A stretch of DNA of 64,000 bases from contig CAZBAG010000001.1 in assembly GCA_964490365.1 (NCBI GenBank), forward strand, positions 129,512-193,511, given 5' to 3'. Position numbers and translations under genes: made by a program. Each line of letters opens with the position of its first letter. Positions within the stretch are counted from its first letter, which is position 1. Of the stretch, positions 44,942 through 53,901 are shown piece by piece. The DNA comes from an uncultured Candidatus Saccharibacteria bacterium. GTDB lineage: Bacteria > Patescibacteriota > Minisyncoccia > Phycocordibacterales > CSBR16-119. The notes beneath the pieces are model-generated. The model ran no database searches. It was not told the origin of the DNA and saw nothing but the letters and a program-made list of their open reading frames with translations.

Positions 44942-46261
44942 CTATTCCGTTTCAACAGTGTTTACCACATCAATTCGCTCAAGGTCAGTTGGGACTGTTG
45001 TTTTCCAGATTGGTTTAATGATCAGTTCTGCCTTTTCAATACTCTTGAACTCAGAGACAACTGATTGGAATTTTCGCTCTTTAATACCAACAAGCACGTC
45101 TTTAATTGCTTCTTCATCTATTTGCCAAATTATTTCAGTATTACCTTTAGCTGAGATACTGATTGAGTCAACATCGGCTGGGTCAATTTCACTTGCTGAC
45201 ATCAGCGATATCGATAGATTTTCTATATCTTTAATGACAACTTTATTTTTATCAAAATCAGCAACAGCTTCTTTTACGAGTTCTCGAGTTAGATTTTCTT
45301 CTTTAAAGATAAAAGCATGTATTTTACCTTTTTGTACAAGTTTTGTTCCCTCACCAGACGACACAGCTTCTGGGGCATCTTTTTCAAGAATTACTGCTTC
45401 ATCGTAAATGATAAATCCTTCTGGGAGTTCAGTACGTGCTTCAGTAAGAAGGTTTTCTTTAAGTTTTGTCTCTAGTAATAGTTGTTGTTCCTTTTCTTCC
45501 GCTTCAGAGAGCGCAAAAGTCTCACCTTTAAAACCTCCTGTGATTTCACCAATAGACTTAGCGTAAATTGTTTCGTATTTTGGATTTCCTTTAAAACCAA
45601 AAATTTTAAAGTCTGTTTCTTTTCTGTTGTATTCAGTACTAGCAACATCGGCATAAATGTCAACATCGATTGACCCTGCGACTTTTTTACCATCATCAGT
45701 TTTTTGCCCTGGCACGGTTACCGGTTTTGTTGTTTTGTAGATTTTACCATCATCAGCAACAAGTCGTGTATCGATCAACAATTTCTGAGGTTCAGCACTA
45801 TGGTTGTTGAAAAAACGAACTTTACCTGTCGCCTTTCGTTCGATATATTTCTTTTCAGTATTTTCAACACTTACCGATTCTTCGCCGGAAAGTGTCACTA
45901 CGTCGAATGCCAAAGCTTTACTATCGAGTGGGTCTTTGTTCGCAACAATGAGTTTATTTACCTCAATAGTTCCTTGGCGTGGAGTTACCAAGACCTTTGC
46001 GCTTGAGAAAAAGAATGAAAGAGCGAACACGAGTGCGAGAATGCAGAAAACAGCAACGTACCAAATTGCTTTTCCGCCACCTGATTTTTTCTCGTACATA
46101 TACGGATTGTCGTATACTTCACGCTCTCGTCGTCTTCGTGGAGGAGCTACCTCTTCTTCTTGTTCTTCAAAATCATCCTGTTCGAGTCGGCGAGACGCAT
46201 AACCAGGGCTTTTTCGAAGCTTGGTTGAAGGTTTAATATCATGTATTGAATTTCTTGGCAT
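44942..46261 (-). CDS. Hypothetical membrane-anchored protein (Arg-rich N-terminus, one TM, large extracytoplasmic domain)
   Basis: 439 aa, native composition, no recognised domain. It sits directly upstream of infA. Confidence 0.4.
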   Translation of the reverse strand: MPRNSIHDIKPSTKLRKSPGYASRRLEQDDFEEQEEEVAPPRRRREREVYDNPYMYEKKSGGGKAIWYVAVFCILALVFALSFFFSSAKVLVTPRQGTIEVNKLIVANKDPLDSKALAFDVVTLSGEESVSVENTEKKYIERKATGKVRFFNNHSAEPQKLLIDTRLVADDGKIYKTTKPVTVPGQKTDDGKKVAGSIDVDIYADVASTEYNRKETDFKIFGFKGNPKYETIYAKSIGEITGGFKGETFALSEAEEKEQQLLLETKLKENLLTEARTELPEGFIIYDEAVILEKDAPEAVSSGEGTKLVQKGKIHAFIFKEENLTRELVKEAVADFDKNKVVIKDIENLSISLMSASEIDPADVDSISISAKGNTEIIWQIDEEAIKDVLVGIKERKFQSVVSEFKSIEKAELIIKPIWKTTVPTDLERIDVVNTVETE

Positions 46262-46267
46262 AGGTAC

Positions 46268-47425
46268 TTATGTTTTGCTTATATTATTAATAAAAATTGA
46301 TTGTATAGTAAGACGAGCGTCGTATTGTATATTCATGGCCGTCGCATAAAAATCGTGTAAGTTTTTACTATTAGCTAGTATAACATTAAACGAATTTTCG
46401 GTAGTTGTGAATTCCGAGAAATTATCTTTTTGTAGTAAATGTAAGAACCAGGTCTCAGACGATGGGTCGGTGATTAAGAAAATATCATGCGGTATCAATA
46501 AATCAACGAAGAGACTTCGGAAGACTTTTTTAATGGCACCTGTCCACAAAGAGCCTTCTGTACGAACAATCTGTTCAATTTGCTTTGCATACGATTCGTC
46601 CAAGTGACCATCTCTATACATTGCTAAAAGTGAAGCAGTGTGGGCTGCATCTTTACCAAGACTCTTTGCAATATGGTGAACAAGCGTGCTCTTGCCGTAT
46701 GGAAATGATGAAGTTCCGACAAGAAAATCATTTCTCATCACTGAAACTTCTGTGGACTCTTCGTGAATATCAACAATAACAAAGTCGTTAAGCCCGTCAA
46801 ACACATCTCGCACAACAAGAAAATCAGAGAAGAGCGACGAAGTACACTTAACCCGTCTGTCGTAGGTTTGTGTAATAACCTCTTCAACACGTTCAACGAG
46901 TTCCTCTGATGAAAGACTGAGGAAAATTTGCAACTCTAATTCTTTTACGCGTTTGCCGTGAGGCTTTTGCACTTCGTAACCATTCAAAAGAACATTCACC
47001 ACACGTCGATCAATAATTTCATCGAACTCAGTGTGTTGTTTTTTGAATTTTGAAATTTCTTCTTTGATTAACTCTTTGGCATAGCTCTCAGTAAACACAA
47101 ATCCTTCCTTTCGGTGTCGTTGTATTCTTCTGAGTTCACCTGTTGACCATGGCGAGGCGATAACCGCAAATACCTTATCGGGAACAGCATGAATATCTTT
47201 TTGGAGAAGCTGCGCGACTTCTTGTAGCGTCTGCAACAGCGGACGATGAGTACCGTTTGGAATAAAACGACAACGGAATGAAGAAATAATGGTTGGTTTT
47301 TTGTGCGATTCCATAAGCACTATCGCACCCCCAACAGAGCCAGATGCAATATCGAACACGGCAATAGTTTCTTCTTTATTTTTTTGAGAAAAGAAAAACA
47401 TATACGCAATTAGTATATCACGCAA
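46268..47425 (-). CDS. Actin-like (ASKHA-fold) ATPase-domain hypothetical protein
   Basis: The N-terminal IAVFDIASGSVGGAIV resembles a phosphate-1 loop of sugar-kinase/actin/Hsp70-superfamily proteins (Ppx/GppA, PilM or FtsA-like). Confidence 0.35.
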   Translation of the reverse strand: MRDILIAYMFFFSQKNKEETIAVFDIASGSVGGAIVLMESHKKPTIISSFRCRFIPNGTHRPLLQTLQEVAQLLQKDIHAVPDKVFAVIASPWSTGELRRIQRHRKEGFVFTESYAKELIKEEISKFKKQHTEFDEIIDRRVVNVLLNGYEVQKPHGKRVKELELQIFLSLSSEELVERVEEVITQTYDRRVKCTSSLFSDFLVVRDVFDGLNDFVIVDIHEESTEVSVMRNDFLVGTSSFPYGKSTLVHHIAKSLGKDAAHTASLLAMYRDGHLDESYAKQIEQIVRTEGSLWTGAIKKVFRSLFVDLLIPHDIFLITDPSSETWFLHLLQKDNFSEFTTTENSFNVILANSKNLHDFYATAMNIQYDARLTIQSIFINNISKT

Positions 47426-47428
47426 CTT

Positions 47429-49150
47429 TTATACAAGCACTGCTTTAATACGTCGAACCCCGGCAGATGACGCTTCTTCTTTTTGGATCTTAAATGTTCC
47501 GAGAATATTTGTATGCTCTACGTGTGGACCACCACAAAATTCTTTTGAAATTGCATCACCTTTTTCATCTTCTATAAAATACACAGAAACAACATCTTCA
47601 TACTTCGCACCGAATTCCATTTCTGCGCCAATCTGCTCTGCTTCTTGTTTTGGCATTTCTCTTTTTATAACCTTGAAATCTTTTCGTATACCCTCATTCA
47701 CTATTTTTTCAACTTCTGCTTTTTCTTCATCTGTCATCTTTCGATCAAATGAAAAATCAATTCGAAGTCGTTCTTCGGTAATGTTTGAACCTCTTTGTTT
47801 TACTTCTTTTCCAAGCACTTTTTGAAGTGCAGCTAACAGTAAATGGTGGGCAGTATGCAGCTTCACAATAGCTTCACTCGTTCCAGCAAGACCGCCTTTA
47901 AATTTTTGTTCGCCACCAGCACGTGACTTGTCTTGATGTTCTTTCATTTTTTTATCAAAGAGATCTAGATCAATAGATTCTCCTTTTTCTTTGGCGAGCT
48001 CTGTGGTCATCTCAATCGGAAAACCATATGAAGTGAAGAGCAGGAACGCGTCACGCTCGCCTTTTTCAAATTCTTTTAACCCCTTCTCTAATGTATTAAG
48101 AAATTTTTTTTCTTCTCCATCAACTACAGATTTTATATGCATAGCATCTAGGTTGTACGAGTTCTTATAGTTCTCACAAATAGCATCAATGAGCGAAACG
48201 ACTGAATCAAGTCCGAGTTTTTTTGCGTGTCGTATTGCACCACGTAAAAGCCTTCTTAGAATATAGGCTCTGTCTGAGTTCCCTGGAATTACACCGTCTT
48301 CAATAAGAAAACAACTTGCACGCATGTGGTCGGCGACAATTCTTCTTGATCGCTCGTCGCCACTTGGCAACACATTAAAAATATATTCAAAAGCATCAGT
48401 GTCATAGACACTTTCTCTTCCGTTCACCACAGCCGTGATTCTCTCAAGACCCATACCTGTGTCTACATTTTTCTGAGAAAGCTTTCCGATAACTTTGCCC
48501 TCTTTTGATTCGTATTCCATGAATACGTTGTTCCAAATCTCGATTACTTTTTCTTCTTTTTGAGCTTGTAAAAAGGCTTCAGGTGAAAGCTCACCGCACA
48601 TACCAGTGACGTCGTAGAAAATTTCTGTATCTGGCCCACATGGTCCGTTTTCTCCTGGGCCCCACCAGTTATCTTCTTTACCTAGAAAATAAATACGAGA
48701 TTCTGGGATTCCGTTTTTCATCCAAATAGTTTTTGATTCTTCGTCGCGTGGAGCACTGTTATCACCTTCAAAACAAGTAACATAGAGCCTTGTTGCATCA
48801 AGACCAAGACCTTTTTCTTTTGATGTTAAAAATTCAAAACTCCAAGCAATAGATTCTTCTTTGAAGTAGTCACCGAGTGACCAATTTCCAAGCATTTCAA
48901 AAAATGTTAAGTGACGATTGTCACCAATATCATCAATGTCTCCTGTGCGAAGACATTTTTGTGCGCTTGCGAGTCTTGTACCCTTTGGATGTTCTTTTCC
49001 CAGCAAGTAAGGAACGAGAGGTTGCATACCGGCTGTTGTAAAGAGGACTGAGTTGTCATTTTCAGGAATAAGTGATGCTGAAGGTAGAATCGTGTGACCT
49101 TTTTCTTCAAAGAATGCTAGGAATTTTTCGCGAATTTGGTTACTTGTCAT
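47429..49150 (-). CDS. alaS: Alanyl-tRNA synthetase, short form (catalytic + tRNA-binding + editing domains; no C-Ala domain)
   Basis: The AlaRS N-terminus (FLAFFEEKGHTILPSASL...FTTAGMQ) and the editing-domain motif HTAHHLL. About 573 aa versus about 870 in typical bacteria. Confidence 0.8.
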   Translation of the reverse strand: MTSNQIREKFLAFFEEKGHTILPSASLIPENDNSVLFTTAGMQPLVPYLLGKEHPKGTRLASAQKCLRTGDIDDIGDNRHLTFFEMLGNWSLGDYFKEESIAWSFEFLTSKEKGLGLDATRLYVTCFEGDNSAPRDEESKTIWMKNGIPESRIYFLGKEDNWWGPGENGPCGPDTEIFYDVTGMCGELSPEAFLQAQKEEKVIEIWNNVFMEYESKEGKVIGKLSQKNVDTGMGLERITAVVNGRESVYDTDAFEYIFNVLPSGDERSRRIVADHMRASCFLIEDGVIPGNSDRAYILRRLLRGAIRHAKKLGLDSVVSLIDAICENYKNSYNLDAMHIKSVVDGEEKKFLNTLEKGLKEFEKGERDAFLLFTSYGFPIEMTTELAKEKGESIDLDLFDKKMKEHQDKSRAGGEQKFKGGLAGTSEAIVKLHTAHHLLLAALQKVLGKEVKQRGSNITEERLRIDFSFDRKMTDEEKAEVEKIVNEGIRKDFKVIKREMPKQEAEQIGAEMEFGAKYEDVVSVYFIEDEKGDAISKEFCGGPHVEHTNILGTFKIQKEEASSAGVRRIKAVLV

Positions 49151-49186
49151 ATACAGCAAAGTATAGTTGAAAGAGGGTAAAATAGA

Positions 49187-49216
49187 AAGTCCCGTCAGCT
49201 TTGCTGACGGGACTTC
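49187..49216 (-). terminator. Hairpin terminator (agtcccgtcagc tttg ctgacgggact)
   Basis: A perfect 12-bp stem with a T-run on the minus strand, between the tiny 49238 gene and the alaS start. Confidence 0.5.
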
Positions 49217-49237
49217 TGCCACCACTTCACACACTGA

Positions 49238-49399
49238 TCAACTGATCACCTCCGCTTTCGGGTATCGCTTCTTCCAGAACTCAAGCGCCTTGGAATTGGC
49301 GACAGTGATAACCGTTCGGTGATCAAGTTGAACCTTGATAGCCTTGAGACCCTCTTTCACTGGTTGTGTGAGAACCACCGCCTTCTTCTTTCGTGGCAT
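49238..49399 (-). CDS. Tiny basic protein (53 aa), GC-rich cassette gene; below the ORF-track cutoff
   Basis: MPRKKKAVVLTQPVKEGLKAIKVQLDHRTVITVANSKALEFWKKRYPKAEVIS. It has a perfect TTGACA-16-TATAAT promoter and its own terminator. Confidence 0.4.
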   Translation of the reverse strand: MPRKKKAVVLTQPVKEGLKAIKVQLDHRTVITVANSKALEFWKKRYPKAEVIS

Positions 49400-49437
49400 G
49401 ATAATTTGGTTGATTTGGTGAACTAACTCATTTTTAT

Positions 49438-49465
49438 ATTATAACATATTTAAGATTATTGTCAA
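49438..49465 (-). promoter_or_regulatory. Sigma70 consensus promoter TTGACA-16nt-TATAAT
   Basis: The minus strand reads gcgtaaTTGACAataatcttaaatatgtTATAATataaaaatg. It abuts the mnmA stop. Confidence 0.6.
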
Positions 49466-50509
49466 TTACGCAATAATACCACCGCCAATACACTCTTCAC
49501 CTTTATATACAACAACTGACTGCCCTGAACTAACCATTGCTTGGTCCTCTTCGAAGACCACACGGCCATTTTCAATAACACAATTTTGTAGGGCTTGTTG
49601 ATATCGTATTCGCGCGCCATATACCTTTCCCTCTTGCGGTGCAGTAATCCAGTTTACATGCTCTAGTTGTATATTTTTCTTCTCTTGCCCTGTTTGATGA
49701 ACGTCTTCTGAAACCGTAATTATGTTTTTCTCTATGTCTCGATCGACAACATACAACCTTTTATCTTCTGTCCCCTTTTCGGTAATAGTAAAACCATGTC
49801 GTTCTCCCAACGTATGGAACAATGCGCCGTCGTGTTCTCCGACCACTCTACCTTCACGATCAATCACATTTCCTTTTTTCACATCAATAAAGTGTTTCAG
49901 AAAATCCTTCATATCAATTGGACCTAAAAAACACACGCCTTGAGAATCTTTTTTTTCAGCAGTCAGCAATCTGTATCGTTCTGCAATCTGACGAACTTCT
50001 GTTTTTTGTAAGTAGCCAATTGGAAATAGTACTTTATGTAATTGACTTTCTGTTAGTGTCCACAGAAAGTAGCTCTGATCTTTGGCATTATCAACACCTT
50101 TAAAAAGTTTACCGTCCTTTGTTTGTGCATAGTGTCCTGTGGCGACATAGTCAGCACCGAGCTCTAAAGCTTTTTTTAGAAACACTCCAAACTTTACTTC
50201 CTTATTACACATCACATCTGGGTTTGGCGTTCGACCAGCACGGTACTCGTTGATCATGTACATACCAACAGCGTTCTTATATTCTTCTTCTGCGTCAATG
50301 GTAAGAAATGGCACATTAAGTGAAGCACAAATGCGCATTGCATCGCGTCGCTCTTCTTTCCAAGTGCATTCTATAAAATCTGGTTGCCATGTTTTAATAA
50401 AACAACCAACAACATTGAAACCTTGCTCTTTCAGAATTGCCAAAGAAACGGAGCTATCAACTCCGCCAGAAACACCCACAAAAACTGTTTCTCTTTTCTT
50501 CATGAGCAA
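49466..50509 (-). CDS. mnmA: tRNA-specific 2-thiouridylase MnmA
   Basis: The PP-loop VGVSGGVDSSVS and the full MnmA architecture. Confidence 0.85.
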   Translation of the reverse strand: MLMKKRETVFVGVSGGVDSSVSLAILKEQGFNVVGCFIKTWQPDFIECTWKEERRDAMRICASLNVPFLTIDAEEEYKNAVGMYMINEYRAGRTPNPDVMCNKEVKFGVFLKKALELGADYVATGHYAQTKDGKLFKGVDNAKDQSYFLWTLTESQLHKVLFPIGYLQKTEVRQIAERYRLLTAEKKDSQGVCFLGPIDMKDFLKHFIDVKKGNVIDREGRVVGEHDGALFHTLGERHGFTITEKGTEDKRLYVVDRDIEKNIITVSEDVHQTGQEKKNIQLEHVNWITAPQEGKVYGARIRYQQALQNCVIENGRVVFEEDQAMVSSGQSVVVYKGEECIGGGIIA

Positions 50510-50533
50510 GAATCTAGCACGACTCAGAGAGTA

Positions 50534-51079
50534 TTACAAATTCATCAATTTTTCGTAGACCAAAAATGTTGCTTTTGCATCCGCAAGTGCTGTGTGAGCA
50601 CGTTCGTTGGTAATAGCAAAATATTCGCAGAGCTTTTGAAGTCGAAACTTATCTACTTGAGGATTGTCGTGCAATTTTGCATAGGCAACTGAAATCGTAT
50701 CAAGTTTTGGGTAAAACATTTTATTTTCAACGCCAGTTTTTTTAAATGCATGCTCGATAAATGAATAATCGAAGGTAAGGTTGTGAGCAGTAAATATCGC
50801 GTTGTCTGTTTTTGCAGCAAAAATAGTCATTGCCTCAGTAAGTGTATTTGCAAAAATCCATTGGCTTGGATCATAGCCATTTACTTTAAGAGCCTGAGGA
50901 TCTGCATCTTCAATACGTTCTGGCTTAATCTTTAATTCGATTTCTTCAAGTACTTCGAATTGTTTACCCGCATCCCCCAATTGCTTCACCAGAACAACAC
51001 CGAGCTCAATGATTTCGTGCTTATCCGGATCAAACCCAGTTGTTTCAATATCAACAAATGCTAGTGTATGTCGTTTCAT
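50534..51079 (-). CDS. DnaQ-like 3'-5' exonuclease (DEDDh family)
   Basis: The Exo I motif FVDIETTGFD and a C-terminal H-x4-D. Confidence 0.7.
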   Translation of the reverse strand: MKRHTLAFVDIETTGFDPDKHEIIELGVVLVKQLGDAGKQFEVLEEIELKIKPERIEDADPQALKVNGYDPSQWIFANTLTEAMTIFAAKTDNAIFTAHNLTFDYSFIEHAFKKTGVENKMFYPKLDTISVAYAKLHDNPQVDKFRLQKLCEYFAITNERAHTALADAKATFLVYEKLMNL

Positions 51080-51082
51080 ATA

Positions 51083-52072
51083 TTAACGTAAGAAATTATT
51101 TTTATTCTGAACATGTCCTGCATGGTCAATTGCATAATACACCTGACCGGAGTTACTGTGAAGATAGAAGTAGTATGGCGATGAAATTGGATAGAGCGCT
51201 GCTCTCATCGCCTTAATACTTGGAGAACCAATCGGTCCTGGAGGTAATCCGTAATTCTTATAAGTATTGTAGTCATGTTCCATTGCCAAATCATCGAGTG
51301 TTAATTTTGAAGATGGCTTGCCGGTGATATATTTCAAGGTTGCATCAACTTGGAGTCTCATATTTTTGTCGATACGTTTCCACAAAATACCAGAAATAGT
51401 TTGTTGTTCACTGTAAATATTGTAGGCTTCTTTTTGAATAATAGATGCCATAGTAACAACATCTACCATAGTTTTACCCGACTTATCAATGTCGGCAAGT
51501 AACGGCGCAACCTTTGTATCAAAATTTGATAACATTTTATCAACAACATCTGAAGTTTCTGTAGTAACAAAGAAAATATAGGTATCTGGGAACAAATACC
51601 CTTCAAGACCTTTGGTCAGGAAAAGAAAATCATCTTGTGAAAAATTCAAGAGCTTCGCATCAAAGAGCTCCGCTATTTCTTCCCGAGTTGATCCTTCTGG
51701 AATCGTCACGCGGACAGAATCAATACCGTGGATACCATTAATAATTCTGTGAGCAACTTCAAGGACTGTAAGCGGTCTCTCGAACGAATAGTCTCCGGCC
51801 ACAATACTTTTATCACCACCAAAAATAATTACAAAAGCATCGAGCATTCTTGGAAATTTCACCACACCTTCTGCATGTAACATTTCAGATGCTTCCATTA
51901 GACTGCTTCCCTTTTCGATTTCAATAATTGTATCTTTTGGGAAGTTGGCGGGCGCAGTAAAGAGAACTCCGAAAGCAAACACTACAACAACAAAAAGAAG
52001 TCCGAGCACAAGGAATATTTTTTGATGAACAGATATACTGCTTTTTGGTTTTTGATAATTTATATGTTGCAT
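51083..52072 (-). CDS. mltG: Endolytic murein transglycosylase MltG (YceG family)
   Basis: An N-terminal TM segment plus a YceG-like domain; 329 aa. Confidence 0.7.
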   Translation of the reverse strand: MQHINYQKPKSSISVHQKIFLVLGLLFVVVVFAFGVLFTAPANFPKDTIIEIEKGSSLMEASEMLHAEGVVKFPRMLDAFVIIFGGDKSIVAGDYSFERPLTVLEVAHRIINGIHGIDSVRVTIPEGSTREEIAELFDAKLLNFSQDDFLFLTKGLEGYLFPDTYIFFVTTETSDVVDKMLSNFDTKVAPLLADIDKSGKTMVDVVTMASIIQKEAYNIYSEQQTISGILWKRIDKNMRLQVDATLKYITGKPSSKLTLDDLAMEHDYNTYKNYGLPPGPIGSPSIKAMRAALYPISSPYYFYLHSNSGQVYYAIDHAGHVQNKNNFLR

Positions 52073-52077
52073 AGGTG

Positions 52078-53307
52078 TTAGATAGGCAGATTAGTAGGTG
52101 GCTCTGATTTATTAGACTCAATACGACTTAGGCTTGGTGTCTCAGATACCCGACCAGGAAAGTGAAATATAGTTGCAAGTTCTTCAGACGTAAGTACAAA
52201 GTGTGGTCTGACATACGGAGGATAGAACCAAGACCTTTGTGCATAGGCGTCTAACATCTCTCTCTTAAGGGCAATAGTCTTATTTCCTGATGGATCCTGC
52301 CATGGATAGTCAAAACCAGTTGTGTTGTTTGGCGCAAAACCGTTAAGGGTAAAGGAGTTGTACTGCTTCATAATACCAGTTAACCCGGTAATATTCATAC
52401 CGTCAAAATATTCTTTTGGTGAAAGATAGATTGCGCGTATCCCACAATCAAAACCTTGTTTGTTGAGGGTTCGAGAAATAGCGGAAATGACTTGCTTATC
52501 TTCTTCAGTCATTGCCAAGCGCTTAAACTGATCATCACCCGTTGGTTCAAACTTTGCACGCTCTTCTTTAAGTAAGGCTTTTGTTCTCTCTTTATAGTCT
52601 TCATATCCACCCATGAGCCCACTCTTTCTATATGTCCATTTTGAAACACGAACAATAATTTGAAACCAGACTTGTTCGTTTGGACCAATACCTCCCATCC
52701 ATTCAATCATAGGGGTAATTGGGTCGATTCTTTGGTTTTCTTCTGTTGAACCAATTGCTTTATCGAGTCCGTAGTCAGTGTAGGTTTTGATTGGGTACGC
52801 ATCTTGTTTCGTAAGTTTAAACTCAGTACCAAAAAGTGCCCACTCACGTTTATGCATATCAGCAATTGCTTCTTCAACATAGTCTGCAGCTTCAAATATT
52901 TCTGCTTGAGGATACTGAGCATATATCTGTGTTTCAATAACTCGGCGAAAAAGAATTGGTGTGCGAACAAGGAAATGAATTTCTCCACCAAGAGAAACGA
53001 TTTCAAGAGAAAACCAGTTAATCACTCGTCCTTGCCAGTACAGTTGATAGTTATTTCCCACACCACCACCTTGAGAGAGTGCGTTTGAAAGCGCGAGCTC
53101 CATAGCTGCTGGAGATTTAAAAACTTCTTTTGGTACTTTAATTTCAAGTAACACCCACTTTACGGTCGAGAGCCATTCTTCACGAATATAGCCGACCCAC
53201 AGTTTCCAACCCAAAAAGACAAGTACGAGTGGTAACCAAAAACGAACTGTTTTAAAAATGATACCTGGGATATTTTGAAATGTTGTAAGAAAAATATCAG
53301 CTTCCAT
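52078..53307 (-). CDS. Hypothetical membrane protein
   Basis: N-terminal TM helices plus a large soluble domain; no recognised family. Confidence 0.4.
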   Translation of the reverse strand: MEADIFLTTFQNIPGIIFKTVRFWLPLVLVFLGWKLWVGYIREEWLSTVKWVLLEIKVPKEVFKSPAAMELALSNALSQGGGVGNNYQLYWQGRVINWFSLEIVSLGGEIHFLVRTPILFRRVIETQIYAQYPQAEIFEAADYVEEAIADMHKREWALFGTEFKLTKQDAYPIKTYTDYGLDKAIGSTEENQRIDPITPMIEWMGGIGPNEQVWFQIIVRVSKWTYRKSGLMGGYEDYKERTKALLKEERAKFEPTGDDQFKRLAMTEEDKQVISAISRTLNKQGFDCGIRAIYLSPKEYFDGMNITGLTGIMKQYNSFTLNGFAPNNTTGFDYPWQDPSGNKTIALKREMLDAYAQRSWFYPPYVRPHFVLTSEELATIFHFPGRVSETPSLSRIESNKSEPPTNLPI

Positions 53308-53328
53308 GTTCTTTATTGTACACCAACA

Positions 53329-53901
53329 CTATGAATTAGCTTTGTCGACTGGCACATCGCTACTAATGGTAATCGGAATAGTCATTGTTTTTTCTGAATT
53401 CTGCAAACTTTCAAAGACAATCTCAAACGCACCCTCTGTAGCCGGAAGATCTTGAACTACAAAATGAAACTGAGTTGAAACAGGAGAAGTATCTGTTTGG
53501 TTACGAGGCACAAGAAAAGGTCTACCAATTATGTTCTTTTCAGCGTCATAGATTTTCATCGTGGCCACATAGTTAAGGAATGGTTCCCAACCACATCCGC
53601 TCACATATCCTGATATTTCAAGCGGTAACGACACCACTGAGCCGATTTGAGGCTGCGTGACCGAAATACCACAATACAATTCACTTGTATCAACACTTGC
53701 AACTGGCACAATTGGATCTTCTTCTATTTTTGAATTTGTAAAAATAAAGAGCAAAAAACCAAACAAAACGACAATAAGGAGTATAAGAAAGAGCTCAATA
53801 GTAAGAAGTGTTTTTTTCACTCTTCTATTATACACAAAAATTCCCCACAAACTGTGGGGAATTTTTGTATTACTTGAGAGCTGTGTATTTACCGTCTCCA
53901 A
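53329..53901 (-). CDS. Hypothetical membrane-anchored protein with a pilin-like N-terminal helix
   Basis: KKTLLTIELFLILLIVVLFGFLLFIF resembles a class III signal / pseudopilin N-terminus (conserved Glu), but the canonical G-F/TLIE motif is absent. Confidence 0.35.
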   Translation of the reverse strand: METVNTQLSSNTKIPHSLWGIFVYNRRVKKTLLTIELFLILLIVVLFGFLLFIFTNSKIEEDPIVPVASVDTSELYCGISVTQPQIGSVVSLPLEISGYVSGCGWEPFLNYVATMKIYDAEKNIIGRPFLVPRNQTDTSPVSTQFHFVVQDLPATEGAFEIVFESLQNSEKTMTIPITISSDVPVDKANS

